Assembly: GCF_030684315.1 (NCBI RefSeq)
Contig: NC_081389.1
Span: forward strand, 15,169,048-15,233,047
Reading direction: 5' to 3'
DNA: 64,000 bases
DNA from: Stegostoma tigrinum
Taxonomy: Eukaryota
Shown here: piece after piece, positions 11,630 through 20,660 of the stretch
Layout of the letters: every line of letters starts with the position of its first letter
Numbering within the stretch: position 1 is the first letter of the stretch
Position numbers and translations under genes: made by a program
Notes under the pieces: model-generated
What the model was told of the DNA's origin: nothing
Database searches by the model: none
What the model saw: only the letters and a program-made list of their open reading frames with translations

Positions 11630-11850
11630 CAATTACTCAATCGGTTAGATCGTTAGTTTGCAATGCAAAATGACGTCAATCAGTGTGAATTCAACTCTTA
11701 CAGTAGCTGCAGTTAACATAAGGGTCCTTCCTTCTCAATGCCATCCCTTGCCTGAGTCATGGCATTAAACCTGAGGTTAAACTCAGCACCAGACATCTTT
11801 CTCTCTCTACTGAGAGAGCACAACTCTCCGGGACTCTGTTGGCTTTACCT
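11630..11850 (+). mobile_element. Unclassified short SINE-like repeat (here 'SINE-U')
   Basis: ttctcaatgccatcccttgcctgag...gaggttaaactcagcaccagacatct...tgagagagc; homologues at 14735-14900, 33410-33600, 41150-41330. Confidence 0.6.
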
Positions 11851-12869
11851 GATAGACCAATGGTCCCCTACCTTGCACAGTTATGGTAGCCAGGGGCAGG
11901 GGGTAGGCAAACAAGATTAATGGACCAACAGTTCTTTATGTGCCCGCAGTGTGTGTGTGGTCAACCCATGGATAGAGAAACAAAATTACAAAACAACGCT
12001 TTCAGCGGTTAGTGTCAAACTTTGCGATCCTTTTCCCATCATTTAATTCAGAGGATGAGATTAATGATGATTTTTAAAAGACAGTAAATTATCTTATAAA
12101 GTGAAATCCATGAATACCCTAACAAACTAAGAATTAATATGAGACAATATATTTGCATCTGGATGACACCTCATATTACTGATTAAAACCTCTTTCTCCT
12201 CGCTGTAAGATTGCATTGTACCAGCTGGTAAAGAGAGCCAAGGATGCATCCTCTATGGTCTAACACATTCAGTTTGCATCCTAAGGGATTGTGCCCATTA
12301 TTAAACAAAAATATGCAAAGTACTTTTTTTTCCTCTTCTTCATCCCTCATTGGATTATAATTTTTTTTATCTTTTTTTCATTTGGAAACAAATGCCGTGG
12401 ATATTTGACGGCATGTTGCCCTGGGCTTTGTCAGGGTAGTCAAGAATCCTCAGTAACAGCAATTCAATTATGGCCATCTCCTGCCTAAAACATTAAAAAG
12501 CTATTTTGGTCTAATTATTTCTTGTGCCAGGGCTCTAGGAAATTGCTTTATTCTCTTGCACAAAAATATAAAATAATATGATGGCTATATTCAGATAATT
12601 TCACCCCTCCCCTTCAGACACTGAGCAAATACTCCCAACAGCAATGAGCTCATAGGTTTTATGAGATATAGGCACGCGCAATGCATTTTAATATCATCGG
12701 GGGACCCGCGGCTGGCCAGTTTCATGCTAAGTTGGAATAGGTTGAGCTTCATAAGGATATGGACGTTGTAGAATGCAATACACCAACCATTAGAGAAACA
12801 CAGACAGTTCACAACACAGGAGAGGATTATTTAGCCCATCTTGTCTGTGCTAGCTAAAATCAAAGGCAT

Positions 12870-13000
12870 TAGCGTGGAAAATGCAGGGTTACAGGGATAG
12901 CGTAGGGGCTGGGTCTTGGTGGGATGCTCTTTGGAGGGTCAGTGTGGATTTGTTAGGCTGAATGGCCTATTTCTACACTGTATGGATTCTATGGATTCCA
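12870..13000 (+). mobile_element. HE1 SINE 3' tail
   Basis: aaatgcagggttacagggatag...gggatgctctttggagggtcagtgtgg...ctgaatggcctatttctacactgtatggattctatg. Confidence 0.8.
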
Positions 13001-13156
13001 CGGAAAAAGCAATATTAAGTCTAACTCCACTATCAAGGTCTTGTTTGACAATCCTGTATGTTAGAGTACTGGAAATGCCTATCAAAGTACTCATTAAGTT
13101 CACTGATGCTTTCTGCCTTGATCCCCATGTTTAGATAGGAATTCCAGAACTGTACA

Positions 13157-13500
13157 GGCAGCATGGTGGCTCAGTGGTTAGCACTACTGCTTCACAGTGC
13201 CAGGAACCCAGGTTTGATCCCAACCTCAGGCATCTGTCTGTTTGGAGTACGTACATTCTCCCCACACCTGCGTGGGTTTCCTCTGGGTAGTCCAGTTTCC
13301 TCTCATTTATAAGGATGTGTAAGTTAGGTGGATTGGTCATGCTAAGCTGCCCATAGTGTCCAGGGATGTGCAGGCTACGTGGGTTGGTCAGGGTAAATAC
13401 AGGGTTACAGGGATGATGTGGGTGGGCCTGGGTGTCATGCTCTTTGAAAGACTGGTGCGGACTCGATGGGCTGAATGGCCTGTTTCCACAGTGATTCTAC
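13157..13500 (+). mobile_element. HE1-type V-SINE, full length
   Basis: ggcagcatggtggctcagtggttagcactactgc...aggtttgatccc...gcgtgggtttcctctggg...gatgggctgaatggcctgtttccaca. Confidence 0.92.
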
Positions 13501-13569
13501 GTACCATCATCTGAGTTAAAACAAAAATCTCTAACTCCCCAGAAATTCTTCCATAATTCCTTGACTAGA

Positions 13570-14035
13570 AAGTGTTGCTAAAGTATCTGTAGAGAGACGA
13601 AAGAAGTTAACATTTTGAACTTACCATATCACTTCTTCAAAACTGAAGTGTGGTGTAATTTGTGAGATAACAAGGTATGGAGCTGGATGAACACAGCAGG
13701 CCAAGCAGCATCTTAGGAGCACAAATGCTGACGTTTTGGGCCTAGACCCTTCATCAGAAAAGGTCCAGGCCCGAAACGTCAGCTTTTGTGCTCTTGAGAT
13801 GCTGCTTGGCCTGCTGTGTTCATCCAGCTCCGCACCTTGTTATCTCGGATTCTTCAGTATCTGCAGTTCCCATTATCTCTGTGGTGTAATATGAGATGAG
13901 TTTGAGTATCTTTCTTCACATCTGTGCCTCTCTTCAGAATCTGAAGAGATATATTTTACTCCAAAGGATAACTCTGTTTCTCTCTCCACAGATGTTGCCA
14001 CACCTGCTGAGTTTCTACAGCGCTTCCAGCTTTTT
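13570..14035. mobile_element. Old PLE-derived inverted-repeat module (family B) hosting the 13660 insertion
   Basis: Left arm tatctgtagagagacgaaagaagttaacattt...cttcttcaaaactgaa; right arm ttcagaatctgaagag...taactctgtttctctctccacagatgttgccacacctgctgagtt. Confidence 0.7.
13660..13879. mobile_element. Palindromic PLE-derived hammerhead module, family A, with TSD
   Basis: About 86-bp arms 13664-13750 / 13761-13846; direct repeat tgtggtgtaat at 13649-13659 and 13880-13890. Confidence 0.9.
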
Positions 14036-14249
14036 AAAAGAAATTCAGATCACTAGCACTTCTCTTTTACCCTCTTGTTCTTGACTCCTGTGCTGCAAGA
14101 TTCTGAGGACTTCGATGCCAAATGTATCACCACATTGTTTTTTATTATTCTCAGAAAGCTCTTTGCTAAAAGTATGGCTGATTTTGATGCACGGCCAAAA
14201 CTGGAGAACAACATCCTCATAGGAACACCTTCTATTATACAATGGATAC

Positions 14250-14645
14250 TCCAATACAGGAAGGATATTATTATAGGAAAGATATTATTAAGTTGGAGAG
14301 GGTTTAGAAGAGACTTACCAGGATGTTGCCGGGAATGGAGGGTTTGTGTTGTGGGAGAGGCTGGATAGGCTGGGACCTTTATTCACTGGAGCGTAGGAGG
14401 TTTCAAAGTGACCTTATAGAGGTTTATCAAATCATGAGGTGCGTAGAAAAGATGAAGGGCAAGTGTTTTTTTTTCCCTAGGGTGGGAGAATTACATGACT
14501 ATGTGGTATATTTTTAAGGTGAGAGGAGAAAGATTACCAAAAGACATGAGGGGCAATTGTTTTTTACACAGAGGGTGGTTCATGTTTGTAATGGACTGAT
14601 TGGACTGAAGGGCCTGACTCCATTCTATGTAACTCTACGACTCTG
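14250..14645 (+). mobile_element. CR1/HER1 LINE 3' fragment
   Basis: MLPGMEGL...LYSLERRRFQSDLIEVYQIMR (ORF 14323) and tail ggactgaagggcctg...ctctacgactct. Confidence 0.88.
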
Positions 14646-14679
14646 ATACTGATATGATGGAGCAGACATAATGCTGTTG

Positions 14680-14900
14680 CGATAGCCTAGTGGCTTTATC
14701 ACGAGACTATGAATCAAGAATTCCAGGGAATGCTCTGGGTTCAATTCCCAGGCCAGCTGAACTTACAATGAAGGACTCTCCATCTCAAACTCACCCCTCA
14801 GCTGAGGTGTGGTGACCCTCAGGTTAAATCACCGCCAGCCATCTCTCTCTCTCTGATCAGTGAGCAGCCCTATGGTCTAGTCGGACTATGGTAATTTTAT
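14680..14900 (+). mobile_element. SINE-T head fused to SINE-U body
   Basis: gatagcctagtggctttatcacgagactatgaatcaag...gggttcaattcc then ctgaggtgtggtgaccctcaggttaaatcaccgccagcc. Confidence 0.6.
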
Positions 14901-15849
14901 GTTGCCACCGTCTTATTCCTTGAACACACCAGGCTTGTTTTTTTTTCCCAGCTTGTTATTATTTCACGTTTCATTCAGATGATGGCTCACTGTGAGTTTT
15001 CCTTCCCAAACTGAGAAAGAACAGCCTATTTAGTATGTGGAATAAAATTGATAAAGATGAGGATGACATGGGCCACAATCTGAAAACCTGATTGCATCTC
15101 ACTTTGCATTGCCCCTTCTTTTGAAAACATCCTGCAGATTGTTCCTGATAAACTTTCATTAATGATATTGTAAAACAATGTTGCAGTCTTGCACAAGAGT
15201 CATTTATCCATGTACTGTCTCTGCAGGGAGAAAAAAAAACCTGCCTATGTTTAAAGTCATTTATCACAGTAGTGAGACTCCAGCAAGTTTACAGGGACAG
15301 CAGCAAAGCTTCAGAACATTCAACAAAGGAGCCAACATTTGAACTTTCAACTCTATGTGCACACAAACTCGATTATACATATATATTCAGACTGAGCGAC
15401 GGCACTTGGGAGAGGGTTAAAGGCTGCAACCGAGTCATGGGGATTTGAGATGATATTTATAGCTTTGCTCTCTCTGTTTATGAGGTCACCTCAATTCGTA
15501 GATTAAGTTACTAGCTGTGTAACTGAGTCTCGGCTATTTATTCACCTCACACATCACGGTTGCTGGGTCAGCCCAAAGTATTTCATATGCTGATCCAACT
15601 ACCCCGGAGTTGCAGGAAAGTTAGACCTCAGGCGGCCCTTGTTAGATTCCCGACGTACAGCTGCAATCTGTTTCAAAGTAAGAGCGAGTTTGTTGGTCGA
15701 AAGAAATGCTTAAATTTACAATCACGCCTCAGGAATATCTTGGAACATTTCACTGAGTTATTCTCTAGTGTGGCGGGTGTTTTTAGGTTGGCAAATGTGC
15801 CAGCCACTCTGTCCGCTGCAAGCAGTGCTGGTCTGAATTACTCAATTTC

Positions 15850-16070
15850 AGGCCCTCAAGCCTGCTGTTCCATTCAGTAGGACCCTGGATGATCCTCATG
15901 TCCACTTTCTTGTCATTATTATTCAACCCTCGATTCCCCTACTGATCAATTATCGATCTATCTCCTTAAGATAGATGCCCCTTAAGCATCCTAAACATTT
16001 CAATGAGATCACCGTTCATTCTTCTAAGCTCCAGTGAGTAGAGTCCCAACCTGTTTAGCCTTTATCTGTC
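15850..16070 (-). mobile_element. CR1 fragment
   Basis: ggccctcaagcctgctgttccattcagtagga...atgagatcaccgttcattcttctaagctccagtgagtagagtcccaacctg. Confidence 0.7.
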
Positions 16071-16229
16071 CTTGATGATATTGGCTAAGTGACTAAAGAT
16101 TTGGCCAAAATATCAGAAGAATTCTGTCTTCCACTTTGAGCAGCGCCATGGGTCCAACAAGAACAAGCACTGGTGCCTGGGTTTAATGCCTCATCTGAAA
16201 AGATAAACATTCTCAGTGTCCCTGTAACA

Positions 16230-16362
16230 TTCTACGGAAGGGTCACTCAAACTGAAATGTTAACTTTGATTTCTCTCCACAGATGCTGCCAGGCCCGCTG
16301 AGCTTTTCCAGCAACTTATGTTTTTCTTTCTGATTTCCAGCATCCACAGTTCTTTCAGTTTG
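16230..16362 (+). mobile_element. PLE-derived hammerhead module, family B
   Basis: gaagggtcactcaaactgaaatgttaactttgatttctctccacagatgctgccagg...tttccagcatccacagttcttt. Confidence 0.8.
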
Positions 16363-16473
16363 TATTTCCCTCTGTCTTTTGCCCTGGGCCTTTCTGTCAA
16401 AAGTAAAAAAATAATTCCCAACACCTTTCAGTTCGGAAGAAACCATACCGGATTTAAAAAAATGTTAACTCTG

Positions 16474-16840
16474 AGGGGTGACCTTGTAGCGGTTTATACA
16501 ATTATGAGGGGCGCAGATAAGGTGAATTGCCAAGGACCTTTCCCCAAGGTGGGGGAGTCCAAAACTAGAGGGCAGAGTTTTAGATTGAGAGGGGAAAGAT
16601 TTAAAAGGGTCCTGAGGGGCAACATTTTCACACAGAGGGTGCTGTGTTTATACCAGAAGAAGTGGTAGAGGCTGGCACAATTACGACATCTGAAAGACAT
16701 TTGGAAGGATAGTTGGATAGGAAAGGTTTTGAGGGATATGGGAAAATGCAGTCAAATGGGATTAGTTCAGTTTAGGAAATCTGCTTGGAACGGATGAGTT
16801 GGGCCAAAGGGCCTGTTTTTCCCATGCTGTAAGCCTCTAT
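16474..16840 (+). mobile_element. CR1/HER1 LINE 3' end inserted in a family B module (16428-16905)
   Basis: LRGDLVAVYTIMRGADKV...KTRGQSFRLRGERFKRVLRGNIFTQRV; taactctg at 16466-16473 and 16840-16847. Confidence 0.88.
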
Positions 16841-17419
16841 AACTCTGTTTCTCTCTCTTCATAGATGTTGCCAGACTTGTTCAGCTTATCCAGCAGTTTC
16901 TGTTAAAATCAGCCTGCTTGACTACACTACAAATCCACATTCTGTAACCACAAAGTCCTGGTATGGGAATCGAGCCTTGACTGTTTGATTCTATAAAACC
17001 TGTTGTGAGAGAGCTACCCACTGAGTGGCCACTGACACGTCTCCAACCTGCTCATTTCGCTATAATAATTATACCCTGTGATCCCTAAATTTCCAACTCA
17101 TTCATTTGGATGCACGAGCTGATCAAAGGAGAGTCCTCAGCTTTGTCCTTTGGAACTGCGCACATTGACAAAGATGTAGAATTGGACCCTCCCTATCTGG
17201 GACAATTGCCAGGCTCCCGATGTTAAAATTGCAATAACCCTCATGGATTAAAAAAAGGTGGATTTCAACACACATTTTATTGTGGTGAAATGAAGAAATA
17301 TTCTAAAAGTACTTCATCATATTATCATTTATGAGCAGTGAGACTGTGGTATCATGACAAGGTGCACACAACTGAATTGCTCTCCATTTACAGCCATGCA
17401 GTGGTCTAGCAGGAATATG

Positions 17420-17668
17420 ACTGAACTGGTTAATCAGAACCCCAGGTTAAGGAATATGGGTTCAAATCTCACCATGGCAGATGGAGAAACTTGAGTCAAT
17501 TCTTAAAAAAGAACTGGAATAAAGAACTAGCCTGAAGGGGAGAGAAATCATCTGTCCTTACCTGGTATGGTCTTTATGTGACTGACTTTTAACTAAGCTC
17601 TGATAAACTCGGGATAGACAATCAATGTTGGACTACTTAAAGATGTTCGCATTCCATGAATGAGAAAA
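17420..17668 (+). mobile_element. SINE-T copy
   Basis: gggttcaaatctcaccatggcagatggag...tgtccttacctggtatggtc...gcattccatgaatgagaaaa. Confidence 0.7.
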
Positions 17669-17684
17669 CGGATCCAATATTCCA

Positions 17685-17785
17685 AACAAAAATAGAAACT
17701 GCTGGAGAAAGTCAGGAGGTCGAGCAACTTCAGTAGAGAGAAAGTTGAGTGAACATTTTGAGTCCCGTGATCCTTCTTTGTTTCA
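17685..17785 (-). mobile_element. PLE-derived module, family B, degenerate
   Basis: aacaaaaatagaaactgctggagaaagtcaggaggtc...gagtgaacattttgagtcccgtgatccttctt. Confidence 0.65.
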
Positions 17786-17911
17786 TTTTTCTATACGACA
17801 ATTTCCCAGTTACAATGCCACCTAAACAAGGTCACATTGCTGTTTTGGGAGCTTGCTGTAGATTGATTGTCTTCCATGTACCTTCTATTACCATGTGGAA
17901 TCAACTACTAA

Positions 17912-18740
17912 AGTATTTTGGAGTTCAATCCAGGCAAATGCGAGGTGAAGCATTTTGGAAGATCAACTTCAAGAGCAAACTATACAGTAAATGGAAAAGT
18001 CCTGGGGAAAATTGATGAACAGAGAGATCTGGGTGTTCAGGTCCATTATTCCCTGAAGGCGGCAACACAGGTCAATAGAGTGGTCAAGAAGGCATATGGC
18101 TTGCTTTCCTTCATCAGACGGGGTATTGAGTACAAGAGTTGATAGGTCATGTTGTATAAGACTTTGGTTCGGCCACATTTAGAGTACTGCGTACAGTTCT
18201 GGTCGCCACATTACCAAAAGGATGTGGATGCTTTGGAGAGAGTGCAGAGGAGGTTCACCAGGATGTTGCCTGGTATGGAGGGTGCGAACTATGTAGAAAG
18301 GTTGAATAGATTAAGATTATTTTCATTAGAAAGACGGAAATTGAGGGGGGATCTGATTGAGGTCTACAAAACTATGAGAGGTATAGACAAAGTGGATAGC
18401 AAGAAGCGTTTTCCCAGAGTTGGGGGGGGGGGGGGGCTCAATTACTAAGGGTCATGAGTTCAAAGTGAGAAGAGGAAAGTAGATGGGAGATATGCATGGA
18501 AAGTTCTTTACGCTGAGGGTGGTGGGTGCCTGGAACGTGTTGCCAGCGGAGGTGGTAGATGCAGACACGTAGCGTGTTTTAAGATATATTTGGACAGGCA
18601 CATGGATGGGCAGGGAGCAAAGGGTTACAGATCCTTAGAAAATAGATGACAGGTTCAGACAGAGGATCTCGATCAGTGCAGGCTTGGAGGGCCGAAGGGC
18701 CTGTTCCTGTGCTGTAATTTTCTTTGTTCTTTGTTCTATT
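17912..18740 (+). mobile_element. CR1/HER1 LINE, longest fragment in the window (ORF2 C-terminus + 3' UTR)
   Basis: EFNPGKCEVKHFGR...EQRDLGVQVH...KAYGLLSFI.RGIEYKS* then LYKTLVRPHLEYCVQFWSPHYQKDVDALERVQRRFTRMLPG; (ttctttg)n tail. Confidence 0.95.
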
Positions 18741-18989
18741 TCTTGAGCTGAGAAGTGCTTTGAGATAGCTTTAAGTTAATTAGGTTAAGGTTTTCTTGTT
18801 CTCAGCTTTTAACTATCTTGGAGTAGGTCATTTGTTAGTTCTTTAAACCACCCTCTTTCTGCAGTTGGTGTGGAGTCCTAACTTGCTCTTCATCCACTCT
18901 GTACTTTTCCAAAATTTTGCTGAAATGTCTAATTTCCAGCCTTCAGTTCCAGCAGCTTCTTCCCCACTGTTTTTATGTTTTTCCCACTG

Positions 18990-19190
18990 TTTTCTGAATG
19001 GACCTTTCAAATTTTAAATGTAATGTTGATCCTTCTCTTTATGCACCTTCTCTGCAGCTGTAACATTGTGCTGTTCGCTCTGTTCTATTACCAGAATTCA
19101 CTTTGTATGGTATGATCTGCCAGTACTCCATGCAAAACAAAACGTTTCACTATACCTATGTACATGTGACAATAATAAAATCAAATCAAT
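18990..19190 (+). mobile_element. Non-LTR retroposon 3' tail (Rex1/Babar-like)
   Basis: Ends tttcactatacctatgtacatgtgacaataataaaatcaaatcaa; reverse-strand homologue at 45545-45685. Confidence 0.55.
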
Positions 19191-19218
19191 AGAAGTCTTA
19201 ACCCACAAAATCACGATC

Positions 19219-19256
19219 GGTTCTGAAGAAGGGTCACCGGATCCGAAACGTTAATT
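19219..19256 (+). ncRNA. Minimal type-I hammerhead ribozyme motif, family B, intact core
   Basis: ggtt-CTGAAGA(19223-19229)-a-GGGTC accg GATCC-GAAAC(19245-19249)-GTT-aatt; 5-bp stem II, palindromic ACGT stem III; module continues to about 19320. Confidence 0.75.
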
Positions 19257-19712
19257 CTGCTTTCTCTCCACAGATGCTGCCGCACTTGCTGAAATTTTCC
19301 ATCAAATTTTGTTTTTGCATCATGATCTGTCTTCCCCATTACAATGCGGACTGAACTGATGCTTATTTCCAGCCTGTGCTGATGGTCAAAACAGGAAGGG
19401 AAGCTTACTGATTCTTTTTTTCTTCTCAATTCGAGTGAGCCTCATTAGAAAAAGAATCAAAATCGGTTCTTGCAATGATGGAAAGGGAGCTTCATCTTTT
19501 GCATTCAGTCAACTGAATCATTTCTCTAGGTTAAATTTGTTTTCGACGTTCCTCATTCTTCAATGGAATGTACTATACATCATGCCTTTAGGTGGCAACT
19601 CCCCAGAAATTGTCAATTATTAAGCTACATCGCTACAACTAAGCATTTCTACCACTAATTGGAGCTCCTTATGCTGCTACACAGGCTGAGTGGCCTCCTC
19701 TTATTCTCCACA

Positions 19713-19890
19713 AAAAACAGAAATTGCTGGAGAAACTCTGCAGGTCTTGCAGCATCTGTGGAGAGAGAACAGAGTTAACGTTTGAGTCCAGCAGTCCTTC
19801 TTCAGAACACTGAACCCCAAACTGTTAATTCTGCTTTCTGTCCACAGATGCTGCCAGACCTGCTGAGGTTTTCCAGCAATTTCTGTTTTT
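19713..19890. mobile_element. Palindromic PLE-derived module, family B
   Basis: aaaaacagaaattgctggagaaactctgcaggtcttgcagcatctgtgga... pairs with ...tccacagatgctgccagacctgctgaggttttccagcaatttctgttttt. Confidence 0.88.
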
Positions 19891-19949
19891 GTTCACTGTT
19901 GCTTGTATTGTTTATGTTTGTTGACATAGCTCCTCAGATCAGCACCTAC

Positions 19950-20310
19950 AATGTCACCAATGTGGAAAGTGCACTTTTCCCTTACTTTACTTAAGTAAGA
20001 AAGATCCGCATATATTGATTGTCCCCCATGATCTCTGGCCATCCCAACACTCCAATTAAATTATGTTTTTCTGTAATGTATGAAGTATGGCAGCCGAAAT
20101 TTCACACAGCAAGCTCCCATAAATGGAGATGCAATAATGACCCGATCATCTACATTGATGCTCTATGGAGAGAAATGCTGCAGACCTCCTTTGATCTTTA
20201 AAATACTGCCTTGAGATCTTTTACAACTACTTGAGAGGGCTGCTCATTGAGGCTTTGGCTTAATATCTTATCCCAAAGGCAGCACATGTGACAGTGCTGC
20301 ACTCCCTCAG
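19950..20310 (-). mobile_element. DeuSINE (SacSINE1-like)
   Basis: ggcagccgaaatttcacacagcaagctcccataaa...gagatcttttacaactacttgagagggc...gacagtgctgcactccctcag. Confidence 0.7.
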
Positions 20311-20439
20311 AGGAAACTCTGAGGGAAAGATTTAAATGTTAAATTTGCAAATGACATATATTGGCCCAACCCGTATACTTCAAAATGGAGCTCCAGTATT
20401 ACCAGTCCATTTATTTGTTAATGCCACTGTTTTCTTAAA

Positions 20440-20660
20440 TGAAAATAGAATGTACAGGAAAAACTCAGCAGGTCTGACAGTATCTGTAGAGAGAGAGCAA
20501 CAGAGTGACATTTCATGTCCATCATGACTCTTCTTCACAACTGAAGAATAAGAGTCTTACTGGACTCCAAACACTAACTCTGTACTTTCCCTACAGAGTT
20601 TTCCCAAAACTTTCCATTTTTGTTTCTGATTTCCAGCATCCTCAGTATTTGGAATTTTTT
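20440..20660. mobile_element. PLE-derived inverted-repeat module, family B
   Basis: aaactcagcaggtctgacagtatctgtagagagag...cttcttcacaactgaaga...ggactccaaacactaactctg...gatttccagcatc. Confidence 0.75.

Noticed and set aside
13660-13879. DNA-transposon MITE interpretation of the palindromes
   Set aside because: TSDs vary from 11 to 15 bp, arms are asymmetric, and the same sequence is the 3' end of PLE remnants elsewhere in the window
18422-18436. Poly-G run as a functional G4
   Set aside because: Homopolymer expansion inside a CR1 copy; may also be a sequencing length error
17918-18448. Two adjacent ORFs as a host protein
   Set aside because: CR1 ORF2 C-terminus broken by a stop and 5'-truncated
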